Source of the DNA: a virus
DNA length: 64,000 nucleotides
Virus record (IMG/VR): IMGVR_UViG_3300022745_000018
Location: 64,001 to 128,000 of that record
Direction: 5' to 3' (one strand)
The notes under the pieces are model-generated. The model worked only from the letters and a program-made list of their open reading frames with translations, did not search any database and had not been told where the DNA came from. Made by a program: the position numbers and the translations under genes. Below are positions 8,495-18,405 of this stretch, in pieces. How positions within the stretch are numbered: position 1 is the first letter of the stretch; every line of letters starts with the position of its first letter.

Positions 8495-11131
8495 ATGTCA
8501 TCCAGGATAAAAGCAGATATCATCTCAACGGTCGGTGGTCCAGACATCCAAGTCAATCAATTGGCCAAGATCTCCGACATTCACGATATCGTGACGTCAT
8601 CAACAGAATCAGTGACTGTGGTTGAAGGTCAGACGGCAATCACTTTCCAAACTTTAAGGTATACACCTAATTCTGGAAACTTGCATGTTTATGTGAATGG
8701 TCTACGCGAAACTCAATTCGTTGAGCCGTCTACATCATCTATTGTCATGCTAAATTCTTTGGCGGCTGGTGACATCGTTACCGCAACCGCCAGTTTAGTC
8801 AGAGAACTAACGCCAGGTGTTGCAAGTGGGATCGTTGGTTTGGCAAAAGAAACACAAACTGCATCCCCCGGGCAAACGCAATTTGACTTAGCAACAATCA
8901 CTTATACACCAGGTGCGAAGAATCTATCGGTTTTCGTCAACGGTGTCTATAAATCTCCAGCGCTTTACACTGAGAACAATTCTACGCGAATCACATTCAG
9001 TTCTGGGATGACTGGTGGAGAAGTCGTTGACTTCTCGGTCGTTCAGCTATCTGTTGTAAATGGTACATCCAGACGCTTTAGATACGTCGCCACAGCAGGA
9101 CAAACTTCTTTCAGTGGATCTGATTATAACGGAAAGACGATGTCATACGACGTCGGTTTCGTTGATGTTTATCTGAATGGTATTCGTTTAGACCAAACTG
9201 ACTTTACTGCTAGCACAGGTACTTCGATTGTCTTAGCGGTTAGCGCAAGCACCAGTGACGAAATCAATGTCGTTGCTTATGGTAATTTCCAATTATCTAA
9301 CATCAATAGCCAAGACGTCAAGTTTACCCAAACTGGCACAGGAGCTGTTGAACGTGACGTACGAGCCAAATTAAAAGATACTGTCTCAGTACTAGACTTT
9401 GGTGCAGATCCAACTGGTGTATCTGATTCCACAGCTGCATTCAATTTAGCGGTTTCTAATTGTCAAATCAGTGGCAAATCTTTAACGATCCCGTCAGGGA
9501 CATATAACTATACCGGTAATTTATATTCGCTGCCGATTACTATGATAGGTGTAGATCGGCCAAAGATCATCCTAACTGGCCGTTTTCAATTTCAGACCGA
9601 CAACAACATCTTAGGAAATTCTACACTCTCCGCTGGCTCTAGTGTTGGGACACAATCTGTCACAGTTTCTTCTGCTACCAATTTCGCTGCTGGGCAACTA
9701 CTCGTTGTGTACGACCCAACGGTCATGGATTCGGCTTACAATAGAGGTAGTTACACTACGGCTTTAATAACTTCAGTGGTCGGCACGACCATCAATTTAA
9801 AAGATCCGTTAGTGTATCCTCTTTTCTCTGGTGCAACAGTGACGTCTCGAGCGGCCGCAAGCGCGAACGTTAGCGGCATTGATTTCTATATGCCCAATGT
9901 ACCTGGGTCCAATCTGTATTGTTTAGTCTATTCTGGGTTGGTAAATCCAACGATCTCTGATTGTAGATTCTTCGAGACCAGTGCTCAGAAAGTTACACTC
10001 AACAATGCGGTATATGTTCAGCAATGTTACGGACTGGAAGTCAACAAATTTTACTCCAATGGCCCGCTTTACGGGATAAGCATAATCGGTGGCCGTCAAT
10101 TCAATATTCGCGGTGCTACGATGTACAATGGGCGTCATCCAGTCGTTCCGTCTTTTGGTGCAAGTAATATAGAAGTGGACGGTGTCACGACTCATAATTG
10201 CGCATGTGCACTGGATGGTCACGTTGCGTTTAACATTTCATATAGAAATGTGAGAGAGTATAATTCTTCTGAGTGGTTTGCATTAAGAGCACTTGGTGTA
10301 ACCATCCAGAACATGCAATCAGAACACATAGTGGCCCTGTCCGGTTCACCGCAATTACATGATAATTTCTTGACGCCATCGTATTCAAGTCTGAATCAAT
10401 CATTTGATTTAGAAATAGACGATTTTAGGATACAGGGTCCTAGCACAGCCAATTTGGACATTGTCGCTGGTAAAAACATCAGACTCCAGAATTGTTATTG
10501 GCCCGGCATTACATTATCTGTTAGCGGTGGCACTGCTCTTAATGCATCATCTGCGAAAATTGATAGCAATTGTGTGTTCGCGGCTCAAGGTAATACCAGA
10601 ATTTATGTATCCAGCGTGAATGGGAATCAGCAGAAATTGGATGCCGTTTTAAATTCAAGCGTTTACGAAATTCAGACACCTAAATCGTTCATAGATACTG
10701 TTGGTTATTCCGCGAAGTGCCGGGGCTTACTATATCCCAGTGCGTCAACAACAAACGGATCTATCATCAGTTGTAAAATTTATGATGACTTTGGGTATGG
10801 CCCTGCTGGGTATCTGAGATACGTAAGCGGTTCATTAGTGATCATCGTGAAAGACATTACAGGTTCACGTAGACTTAAATATGGATTCGCTCACACCATC
10901 GTTAGTACTAGTGCTATTGCGTTCGATGTTACACCAATAACAAATGAAGCATTCCCGGCTTCAGCCAATCCATCCACCGTCACTATTTCAAACATATCAC
11001 ATGCAGGTGTGACACAGGTTGGTGCTAGCAGATTTGGACATTTTGTAGGTTTTGATGTGACGTTCTCTTTACCAAGTACACCTAGGACCATTGAATTGCA
11101 GTACGAACTTGAACTTAATGCAATGACTTGA
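8495..11131 (+). CDS. Tailspike/fibre protein 3 with three N-terminal 'GQT.F...VYVNG' repeats (attachment/branching domains)
   Basis: Three repeated modules, then TGAVERDVRAKLKDTVSVLDFGADPTG and a beta-helix. Confidence 0.75.
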   Translation: MSSRIKADIISTVGGPDIQVNQLAKISDIHDIVTSSTESVTVVEGQTAITFQTLRYTPNSGNLHVYVNGLRETQFVEPSTSSIVMLNSLAAGDIVTATASLVRELTPGVASGIVGLAKETQTASPGQTQFDLATITYTPGAKNLSVFVNGVYKSPALYTENNSTRITFSSGMTGGEVVDFSVVQLSVVNGTSRRFRYVATAGQTSFSGSDYNGKTMSYDVGFVDVYLNGIRLDQTDFTASTGTSIVLAVSASTSDEINVVAYGNFQLSNINSQDVKFTQTGTGAVERDVRAKLKDTVSVLDFGADPTGVSDSTAAFNLAVSNCQISGKSLTIPSGTYNYTGNLYSLPITMIGVDRPKIILTGRFQFQTDNNILGNSTLSAGSSVGTQSVTVSSATNFAAGQLLVVYDPTVMDSAYNRGSYTTALITSVVGTTINLKDPLVYPLFSGATVTSRAAASANVSGIDFYMPNVPGSNLYCLVYSGLVNPTISDCRFFETSAQKVTLNNAVYVQQCYGLEVNKFYSNGPLYGISIIGGRQFNIRGATMYNGRHPVVPSFGASNIEVDGVTTHNCACALDGHVAFNISYRNVREYNSSEWFALRALGVTIQNMQSEHIVALSGSPQLHDNFLTPSYSSLNQSFDLEIDDFRIQGPSTANLDIVAGKNIRLQNCYWPGITLSVSGGTALNASSAKIDSNCVFAAQGNTRIYVSSVNGNQQKLDAVLNSSVYEIQTPKSFIDTVGYSAKCRGLLYPSASTTNGSIISCKIYDDFGYGPAGYLRYVSGSLVIIVKDITGSRRLKYGFAHTIVSTSAIAFDVTPITNEAFPASANPSTVTISNISHAGVTQVGASRFGHFVGFDVTFSLPSTPRTIELQYELELNAMT

Positions 11132-11139
11132 TGAGCGTC

Positions 11140-11146
11140 ATTAAAT
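11140..11146 (+). promoter_or_regulatory. Putative late promoter ATTAAAT
   Basis: Second copy of the 19-bp repeat. Confidence 0.6.
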
Positions 11147-11173
11147 CCATCAATAGAATTCTAAAGAAATACA

Positions 11174-12868
11174 ATGTCATCAGAACTAGTCCTACGAACA
11201 CTGACGCCAATTGATGGCGGTTCATCAGTCCCCGTTTTAGATATCCAATCAAAGTCTGCTCTAAAGGCAATCACTGTCTCGGCTTCTGACTTCGGGAAAT
11301 CTAGTGGTAACACAATTCAGAACCTCTATGGGTCGGTCCCAACAACAGATGGAGTGCAATATAACTGCGTTTCATTCTACAACGGATTTGCAGCAACAAC
11401 GCGTGGCGCTCAGGGCGGTGGCTTGTTTGTTTGGAATGCGAACAAGCCGAAGTCCAGCCACAACGGCATCACAGTAATAAGCCCGACCGTTCCAGCCGTT
11501 GACAGTGGCGGACAGACACTTTCGGGCTTTCTCATTGGAACAGGTGAAACAGCCTCCGGCACGAATGGTGTTTGGGTTCGCGTTGATTCGTCAAATCTTG
11601 ACACCACAATGGGCGGGGCAAAGATAGACGGAATCACTGATGATTACGCAGCAATTGCTGCATGTTTGACTGCAATATCTACAAATGGCGGTGTTGTAAC
11701 ATCATTGGCGGGAACTTCTTTAAGTTCTGCTGCAATTACTATTCCAGATAACTGCACATTAAAAGGGCAAGGCAGAGAAGCAAGCATCATTCAGTTCACA
11801 TGTGCTACAGATGGAGTTGTTATTTCAGCTAACTATGCTCAGTATCGCTTGATGGACATTCAGTTACAGACCACAAACGCATCAGCGGGCAAGGCTATTA
11901 ACGTTAGTAATAAAACTCTGGGAGCTAGCAATGACGAAATTGAGAGCGTCAACATTACTGCGACTGGCTCGGGGCGTTGGGCATATGGACTTTGGGGCAC
12001 AAACTTTCAGACATCACGTGTTGAGAGTCTGAGAATCTATCAGTCAGCAACGGTCGGTATCCATATAGAGTATGGGTGCAATGCCGTCAATTGGCGAAAT
12101 GTCGAAGTCGTTGGGTCATCTGGTACAGGGACAATTCAACGGGCGCTTGAGATTGACACTACATCCAGTACGGGTGGCACGCAGTCATTCGAAGCCAACT
12201 TCTATGGAGTCACCTTCCAAGGGTATTTCACGAAGTCTCTTGTGTATTCTACTGGGTGTAATCCAAAGTTCTTCGGCGCTCACTTTGAGAACACCAACGT
12301 GGCACCTACGGATGGTGCCGATTTCGTCTTGAATGGAACATCAGTCAACTGCTCCCTGAATGGCATCCAGGGTGGTTCGATTCTGACATCAGGTACGGTA
12401 CGGAACTTCAGCATCGCTCAAAGTGAAGTGAATGCGATCACGATAGGCGCTAGTACTGTAGCAAATCTCTTCTGTGTAAGGTATTCCGCTCTCACACAGA
12501 ATGCTGGGTGTATTGTTAACTTAATTGGTGGTGATATTTCTGGTACATATCAGAAAAACTTTCTACAGAACACGCTACTTTACTATACAGCATTCCCGAC
12601 GATGATTAGCGACAACAGCGCATCACCAACGCTTCCCGGTCTTCAAGATTTGGTGTTGTTCAACAATTCATCGGCAACCAATGTCACCAGCATCGCTGGT
12701 GGGAAAACTGGTCAACGCTTGACGGTAATGTTCGGCAATGCAAACACGACCTTAGTTGATGGTACAAACCTTCGTATGGCTGGTAATCTGACTGGTGCGA
12801 TTAACACGACAATCAGTTTTATCCACGATGGCACAAATTGGTTTGAGACGTGCCGATCAGTTAATTGA
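11174..12868 (+). CDS. Tailspike/receptor-binding protein 4
   Basis: N-terminal ~110 aa closely similar to RBP1 (ASDFxKxxGNTxQNL...YNGFAxTTRG..GGGxFVWNA); unrelated beta-helix body. Confidence 0.75.
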   Translation: MSSELVLRTLTPIDGGSSVPVLDIQSKSALKAITVSASDFGKSSGNTIQNLYGSVPTTDGVQYNCVSFYNGFAATTRGAQGGGLFVWNANKPKSSHNGITVISPTVPAVDSGGQTLSGFLIGTGETASGTNGVWVRVDSSNLDTTMGGAKIDGITDDYAAIAACLTAISTNGGVVTSLAGTSLSSAAITIPDNCTLKGQGREASIIQFTCATDGVVISANYAQYRLMDIQLQTTNASAGKAINVSNKTLGASNDEIESVNITATGSGRWAYGLWGTNFQTSRVESLRIYQSATVGIHIEYGCNAVNWRNVEVVGSSGTGTIQRALEIDTTSSTGGTQSFEANFYGVTFQGYFTKSLVYSTGCNPKFFGAHFENTNVAPTDGADFVLNGTSVNCSLNGIQGGSILTSGTVRNFSIAQSEVNAITIGASTVANLFCVRYSALTQNAGCIVNLIGGDISGTYQKNFLQNTLLYYTAFPTMISDNSASPTLPGLQDLVLFNNSSATNVTSIAGGKTGQRLTVMFGNANTTLVDGTNLRMAGNLTGAINTTISFIHDGTNWFETCRSVN

Positions 12869-12930
12869 TGTGGTTGGTGTATCAATGTCCGTCGAGATCT
12901 CGACGATTATAGACATAAAGGAATTCTAAA

Positions 12931-13185
12931 ATGGCTACAAATTTGTTTAGCGATCAGGTACAGAACATTTCGAATGTTCCTGGTTCAACGGTAACCGATG
13001 CTCTTAATACGATTAGAGAAAGTTCAGCCACAGGCGGCGGCACTGAGAGAGTGATGTTCATCAACGAGAAGACGATCAATACAAACTTCACAGTGCCCGC
13101 TGGATTCAATGCTCTATCAGCAGGCCCTATGACTATCAATGCTACCGTGACGGTAGCAGATGGTTCCACTTATGTGGTGATCTGA
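12931..13185 (+). CDS. Small virion/fibre-associated protein
   Basis: AAGGA RBS; FTVPAGFNALSAGPMTINATVTVADGSTYVVI motif typical of T4-like fibre-associated proteins. Confidence 0.6.
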   Translation: MATNLFSDQVQNISNVPGSTVTDALNTIRESSATGGGTERVMFINEKTINTNFTVPAGFNALSAGPMTINATVTVADGSTYVVI

Positions 13186-13847
13186 TCGACGATCTGCTTT
13201 TTATAGATCGCTTTCTTCATTAGAACTTTGGCTGCATAACCACCTGCACCACCAAGACTGCCATTGTACCGCAATAGTGCTTCGGCTTCAGTGCTACTGA
13301 TTTTCTTGTACTCTGATAAGATCTGGGCCCCAACGTCGATATTCACTTGAGGGTCTAACAGTTGGCCCTTCTCGGCCTTCTCTTTGTGCCAAGTGTGGAT
13401 GATCTGCATCAAACCAACTGCATTGCCGCTACTGACGACCGTATAGTCAAACTTTGATTCAACGGCCATCACAGCAAGAATCGTCATTGGGTCGATAGAC
13501 CACTTCGTTGCCGAATCCATGATCCATTTGGCATAGGTATTCGCCAATTTCATATCGATTCCGCCGTCACGATGGATGATAGATGCAATCGCGTTTGATA
13601 GAGCACTTCCAGTGACGCTAGAACGAATATCATTGGACAGATAGGAGATTCTACGGTAAGTTTCTCCGACGATGACTGAAGTGTATTTGAATGCTCCAAT
13701 TGCAATGATTGCAGCCATCACTGCGGCGCAAACCTTCAACCACCCAAACCGGTTGACTACTTTGTAGGTACCGTCTTTTGAGAACTTCAGTTTCACTTGT
13801 GGCATTTTACTAAATGCACGAGTTATACCAATCAAAGTCTTCTTCAT
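13170..13847 (-). CDS. SLT-domain lytic transglycosylase (T4 Vs.1-like), N-terminal TM
   Basis: AVMAVESKF catalytic Glu, AVGLMQI, NIDVGAQIL, ALLRYNG motifs. Confidence 0.85.
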   Translation of the reverse strand: MKKTLIGITRAFSKMPQVKLKFSKDGTYKVVNRFGWLKVCAAVMAAIIAIGAFKYTSVIVGETYRRISYLSNDIRSSVTGSALSNAIASIIHRDGGIDMKLANTYAKWIMDSATKWSIDPMTILAVMAVESKFDYTVVSSGNAVGLMQIIHTWHKEKAEKGQLLDPQVNIDVGAQILSEYKKISSTEAEALLRYNGSLGGAGGYAAKVLMKKAIYKKQIVDQITT

Positions 13848-13868
13848 ATCAAATACTCCATTCTGGTG

Positions 13869-14975
13869 TTACAGAAAATCTTTAGCAAAGGTTTCCCACG
13901 AACTTAGAGTCCGAGATGCTGTAAAGATTCGTTTCTTGATTGTGGATTCCAACTTACCGTCCAATGCAGCGAAGATTTCCGCACGGAACTTATCGTCCAC
14001 AATCTTCAGCGCAATTGATTTCCGATCGCCATTCGTTTCGGCAATCAGGTTTGGTAGAGATGAACTGATGTCGTGTTTCGTGGTCGTCATGAAATGGACG
14101 ATCTTATCACGAAGGTCAGATACTTCCTCTTTCCGTGGTGACGGCAGCAATGCGATAGCATCGTCAATTGTACCGGAAAGAACCATCTCTGCGATGTCTT
14201 TGTCAAACTGACATTTTGAGACGGCTTTATGTAGTTGACAATATTCGTCAGTTTTCAATTTAACCCAGCCGCTGTTGGAACGAATGACGAATCCTTCGAT
14301 GCCCTTCAGTTGGTGATAAGAACTGATAATTGATTTGATATCCGCCGTGTAGGAATTCGCTATGTCGATGTAGCCGAACGAATCCGCGATGTGCTTCATG
14401 TCCTTATACGACAGATAATCACCGAGACGATTCCGCATCGCGATCAAATGGAGAAACGGTTCAGCGTAACGAATGACTACTGAATTCAATGGAGACCAGT
14501 ATTCAAAGATCGGATGAATACCACCAGCGATGCATGCGTCAATGAAAGCAACATACTTTGGTTTGTCGGCAATGAAATCCTCAGCATACTGCGAATGAGT
14601 CGTTTCTCCAGCACGAGTACCGAGAACCCAACCACGTGGATTTGTATTGGTCCGAATGACGCGGATCATTGAACCGTCAATTTTCTCCAATGCTTCTGCT
14701 TCACTTGAAAGAACGAGTTTCTGATCTGGTTTTTCGCCAAGATTGAAGAACTTGTGTAGACCAAGACCGACGAGTTCTCCGGTTTCTGCATTGAAAGCAA
14801 TTCCACGCATTTCCAATGAAGACGGAAAATCAAAGGTATGACTATCGTTGATCGCATAATCAAAGACGATATAGTCAGACTTCGCGATTTCAATGAATTC
14901 CGGTTTGGCTGCCGCGATTGCTCGACATTCAGCCAAAGTTGGTATTTTGTGATTGACCTTAATGAACATGTTCAC
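13869..14975 (-). CDS. rnlA: RNA ligase 1 (T4 RnlA-like)
   Basis: EMRGIAF, HKFFNLGE, motif I EKIDGS, FEYWSPLN, EGFVI, VKLKT.EY. Confidence 0.85.
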   Translation of the reverse strand: MNMFIKVNHKIPTLAECRAIAAAKPEFIEIAKSDYIVFDYAINDSHTFDFPSSLEMRGIAFNAETGELVGLGLHKFFNLGEKPDQKLVLSSEAEALEKIDGSMIRVIRTNTNPRGWVLGTRAGETTHSQYAEDFIADKPKYVAFIDACIAGGIHPIFEYWSPLNSVVIRYAEPFLHLIAMRNRLGDYLSYKDMKHIADSFGYIDIANSYTADIKSIISSYHQLKGIEGFVIRSNSGWVKLKTDEYCQLHKAVSKCQFDKDIAEMVLSGTIDDAIALLPSPRKEEVSDLRDKIVHFMTTTKHDISSSLPNLIAETNGDRKSIALKIVDDKFRAEIFAALDGKLESTIKKRIFTASRTLSSWETFAKDFL

Positions 14976-15499
14976 ATTCCTGAGTTCAACGAATCGATGA
15001 TGGCATTCTCAGCAACAGTCAGCTGCAAGAACGTGCGATTGTATTTTTCCATACGAGCAATGTCCTTTTCACGGACACCCTTCAGACGTGTGATATCTGA
15101 ATTATGTTCAATGTCGCACTTCTTTACACGGATAACATCGATGCCACCAGAGATCACTTGCTTCACGTATTCTTCATGAGTTTGACCAGGCATCTTCGTC
15201 AGCTTGAAGATACCTTGAATGACGGCTTCCGAAACACCAGCGCTACGAAGATCATGAGCAGTGACTGAAGTATCTTCAAAGAGATCGTGACCGATGCACA
15301 TGCAGAGTGCTTCTACACTGGCATTGGTGATTCCGTAGTTCGTGCGGTAAATGTTCATGACCGTCATTGGATGGAGGATGTATGGGTATCCACCTTTATC
15401 AAATTGACCATTGTGAGCATTGGTTGCAATCACGATCATCGTATTGAGCATTTCGCCATTCTGTTTCATTGTGTTTTCCATTTCAAAGTCCTTCGTCAA
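14972..15499 (-). CDS. HD-domain (p)ppGpp-hydrolase-like protein (small alarmone hydrolase/Mesh1 family)
   Basis: AHNGQ.DKGG.PYILHP, HDLFEDT, LTK, VKKCDIEHN motifs. Confidence 0.8.
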   Translation of the reverse strand: MTKDFEMENTMKQNGEMLNTMIVIATNAHNGQFDKGGYPYILHPMTVMNIYRTNYGITNASVEALCMCIGHDLFEDTSVTAHDLRSAGVSEAVIQGIFKLTKMPGQTHEEYVKQVISGGIDVIRVKKCDIEHNSDITRLKGVREKDIARMEKYNRTFLQLTVAENAIIDSLNSGM

Positions 15500-15707
15500 A
15501 AGCCGCGTGAATCAAACACATTTCAGTGACGAGATCGTCTACTTCTGCGGTTGTCAACAAATCAGCGGAAGACAACTTCGATACCGCGGTTGTATCGATA
15601 GCAGTGATGCCATGTTTTTCACGAAGAATATAAGCTGCTTGTTTGACTGCAAAACTAACAGGGTGTTTCTTTTCTGTCAGTTCTCTAACTGTGTAATACA
15701 TTTTCAT
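15483..15707 (-). CDS. Hypothetical protein
   Basis: Start MKMYYT with GAGG RBS, downstream of a promoter. Confidence 0.55.
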   Translation of the reverse strand: MKMYYTVRELTEKKHPVSFAVKQAAYILREKHGITAIDTTAVSKLSSADLLTTAEVDDLVTEMCLIHAAFDEGL

Positions 15708-15739
15708 GCCGTACCTCAATTTGTTTTGTCGATGGATGA

Positions 15740-15766
15740 ATTTTATACAAGACTGCTTTATGTAGT
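15740..15766 (-). promoter_or_regulatory. ACYACA-box promoter
   Basis: ACTACA-15nt-TAAAAT-TCATCCATCGACAAAAC. Confidence 0.75.
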
Positions 15767-15776
15767 AGAAACAACC

Positions 15777-15799
15777 GAAGGACTGCATTGCAGTCCTTC
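15777..15799 (-). terminator. Hairpin after the TAXI gene (possible terminator)
   Basis: GAAGGACTGC-ATT-GCAGTCCTTC 10-bp stem; weak U-tract. Confidence 0.45.
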
Positions 15800-15819
15800 A
15801 TCTTTAGTTCAAAGTCAGA

Positions 15820-16752
15820 TTACTTTGATTTGAATGGAGTGATCTCAGATACTTGAGAATTGGGATTCGCTTCGTTCCAACCAGGTTCATATCGACCTTG
15901 TTTCAGTTCGTCCATGTTTGCAGTGATACATTGACGGAATGCAGCGACTGTTGCTTGACGAGCTCCAGTGAATTGACGAGTCACGATCATGTTCTGAACA
16001 CCCAATGAATTCATGTTGTAGACAGCAATGTTTTTGTAGTTCAGAGCTTTAACACGATAGGGGTCGGAAGCAGGAGCATCAAACGGAACCAATGTCAACC
16101 CAGAAGATTGAGACAGTGCACTGACTGTACCTGAAGGCCAACCAGAGACAGTGAATGCCGCGGCGACTTTGCCGTTCTTGACGAGAGCGAATGCTTCATT
16201 GTCAGACTTCACATCGACGAATTGGATTCCGTAACCATACTGCTTATCCAATTGGCGACCAAGGATCTGCGCAGTACCAACAACAGCGACAGTCTGTCCG
16301 CGGAGTTGCGAGAATGATTGGATCACTACTGTTTTCTGATCACCCTTCATGAATCCCAGTTTCTTTGGACCTTCAACATTGAAACCACCAGCAGCGACCA
16401 CGATGTGCAAGTAATTGCTGTTCACCGCCATCAAGTTTTGGAGAGCAGCGATGGTGTCGTCACCATTCTTCATCACTTTCCACGTATCCACTTGAACGAA
16501 GCCAACATCTGCTTTCTTGGTGGACAGAGCATTCAGATTGTCAAGACCGCCGCCCGTGGTTAGTTCACAGAGATTGACCTTTCGACCACAGACCTTCTTC
16601 ACATCAGCGAAGAGGTTCGAATACCCTTTGCCGGCAGGACCCGTTGCGACGGTCAGACCTTCACATTCTGCTGCAGGGGCATCGTCTACCTTTGCAGCAA
16701 TCGCGGAGAGTGCCACGCTGGCGCTCAACAGCATCATAATAACTTTTTTCAT
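15820..16752 (-). CDS. TAXI-family TRAP solute-binding-like periplasmic protein
   Basis: Signal peptide; LTVATGPAGKGY, TGGGLDNLNAL...ADVGFVQVD, YLHIVV, FSQLRGQTVAV motifs. Confidence 0.8.
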   Translation of the reverse strand: MKKVIMMLLSASVALSAIAAKVDDAPAAECEGLTVATGPAGKGYSNLFADVKKVCGRKVNLCELTTGGGLDNLNALSTKKADVGFVQVDTWKVMKNGDDTIAALQNLMAVNSNYLHIVVAAGGFNVEGPKKLGFMKGDQKTVVIQSFSQLRGQTVAVVGTAQILGRQLDKQYGYGIQFVDVKSDNEAFALVKNGKVAAAFTVSGWPSGTVSALSQSSGLTLVPFDAPASDPYRVKALNYKNIAVYNMNSLGVQNMIVTRQFTGARQATVAAFRQCITANMDELKQGRYEPGWNEANPNSQVSEITPFKSK

Positions 16753-16764
16753 TTCAGTTGTTCC

Positions 16765-16905
16765 TTAAAAATTGAACTTGGATTGAGATTGAGGTTGTTG
16801 GATTGTGTTAGTTGGTTGATTTGCATCAGGTGCCGAGAGGTACCCGATGACGATGATGGCAACCAACACGACCATCAGCGTATATTTAAGAATCTTGTAG
16901 AACAT
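16765..16905 (-). CDS. Small single-TM membrane protein (46 aa, not in ORF track)
   Basis: MFYKILKYTLMVVLVAIIVIGYLSAPDANQPTNTIQQPQSQSKFNF; TAAGGAG RBS; fills the gap in the operon. Confidence 0.7.
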   Translation of the reverse strand: MFYKILKYTLMVVLVAIIVIGYLSAPDANQPTNTIQQPQSQSKFNF

Positions 16906-16917
16906 CAGTCGTACTCC

Positions 16918-17646
16918 TTAGACTTTTGCTGTAAGGTTGATTGCGGACACATCAATCGTCATGCCTGCATCAAACTTGAGTTGTTTGGCATCCGTCAGTT
17001 TCACGGATTCCATTTCAAGTTCAGCGAACACTCGATTGAAGTTGTCTGCTACGGAAGTAAATGCTTCATCGGCAAGCAGCGTATCCATGATCTGTTTACC
17101 AGATGCGGAATTCAAACTATTGAGAGCGGCATCGCCAGCAGTTTTGAACTTCCATTGGAATTCGCGATCCTCCACAGCCAAACGAAGTTCGTCCAATGCA
17201 GTTAGTGCTGCTTGATACTTCCCAACCAGATTCTGATGTGCATCCGTCATTGCGATGATAGCACGTTCTTGTGCAGATGCATCGTAATCTTTTCGTTCTC
17301 GTTTTCGCTGAGCGACCATGTCTTTCAGAGAAGTAATCTGTGCACCAATTGCAGCGACTGCTTGTTTGAATTCATTCACTTGCCGAGTCTTCTGCATCAG
17401 ATAGTTCTGTAATTGTTCGATTGGATTGTTTCGCGCTTCTGCTTTTCGCAACGAAAGAACCCAGTTTTCCATCTTCTGACCTAGGAACGGAATCAATTGA
17501 ATGACGCCCATTCCAACCAAACCGATTACACCCAAAGCAAGAAGGCCAACTCCTGCACTAACAGCAGCCCAGATGACTGGTGCAATAACCGCTAGCAGAA
17601 GAACTGCCCCAGCCGCAAATAGACCACGAAACACTTTTTGATTCAT
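16918..17646 (-). CDS. Membrane-anchored coiled-coil protein, PspA/IM30-like
   Basis: Two N-terminal TM segments, then NNPIEQLQNYL and long heptad helices. Confidence 0.55.
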   Translation of the reverse strand: MNQKVFRGLFAAGAVLLLAVIAPVIWAAVSAGVGLLALGVIGLVGMGVIQLIPFLGQKMENWVLSLRKAEARNNPIEQLQNYLMQKTRQVNEFKQAVAAIGAQITSLKDMVAQRKRERKDYDASAQERAIIAMTDAHQNLVGKYQAALTALDELRLAVEDREFQWKFKTAGDAALNSLNSASGKQIMDTLLADEAFTSVADNFNRVFAELEMESVKLTDAKQLKFDAGMTIDVSAINLTAKV

Positions 17647-17658
17647 AATGATTTTCCT

Positions 17659-18216
17659 TTAGATTGAAACGCAATTCTTGAATGTATTAGCGAACTCTTG
17701 AATTCGCTCTGGTGTGCTCTCAATAGCAAGACGATTGCGCATTCGATCAACCACTTCGTTCGGAACTCCGTGGACATTCCCGTAATCGGAATTCAGTTGA
17801 ATGAAGGCGACATCTGCTTTACCGCGATCGTTGATGATTGCTTCAATGTACCGAGCCATGTGAAGCAATTCAATGTTGGTGTTACAGAGAATGACACGAC
17901 GACCGATAGCGATATGATGAACGAATGTCTCGAAACACCAATCATGAGCTCGCCCAAGATGTTTTGCTTGGAAATCATAGAAACCATCTGGACGAATCCA
18001 ATAATCATCAGTTTCTAAAACCACCGCATAATCATCGATAGATAGACCTTCACGATCGCCGAACTCATCGGAAATTTCCTTGGCCATCGTTGACTTACCA
18101 GATCCCGGTGCACCACGCATGAAGATCGCATCGAGATCTAATAGATCATCAATCTTAGGAAGACTGTTGAAAGTTGTGATTCTGACATTCACGTCATTTG
18201 TGTAAATCGTAGGCAT
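17659..18216 (-). CDS. P-loop kinase (AAA_33 / polynucleotide-kinase-like)
   Basis: MRGAPGSGKST, ETDDYW, AHDWC, CNTN, NVHGVP..VVDRM motifs; start moved to MPTIY. Confidence 0.8.
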   Translation of the reverse strand: MPTIYTNDVNVRITTFNSLPKIDDLLDLDAIFMRGAPGSGKSTMAKEISDEFGDREGLSIDDYAVVLETDDYWIRPDGFYDFQAKHLGRAHDWCFETFVHHIAIGRRVILCNTNIELLHMARYIEAIINDRGKADVAFIQLNSDYGNVHGVPNEVVDRMRNRLAIESTPERIQEFANTFKNCVSI

Positions 18217-18217
18217 G

Positions 18218-18403
18218 TTAGTTTCCGAAGTAGATCGCAATACTCGCCACCGTGAAAACAATCGCAGTTTTGAATGGTGTCGCGGAATATGTACAGAACA
18301 CATTACCACGTTTGATCTCGGCAGTATACCCAGTGTATTCCAATGCGAACCAAATCCACGAAAGGACGGACATGATGACGAAGAAGATCAAAAAGGTTTT
18401 CAT
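18218..18403 (-). CDS. Small two-TM membrane protein
   Basis: Hydrophobic ORF within the operon. Confidence 0.5.
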   Translation of the reverse strand: MKTFLIFFVIMSVLSWIWFALEYTGYTAEIKRGNVFCTYSATPFKTAIVFTVASIAIYFGN

Positions 18404-18405
18404 GA

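Noticed and set aside
3963-12868. Diversity-generating retroelement or invertible shufflon in the RBP cassette
   Set aside because: No reverse transcriptase, recombinase, TR/VR pair or inverted crossover sites seen; similarity is confined to diverged N-terminal modules.
13170-13180. ACCACA promoter box at the end of the transglycosylase gene
   Set aside because: No -10 element at 14-15 nt; at most a remnant.
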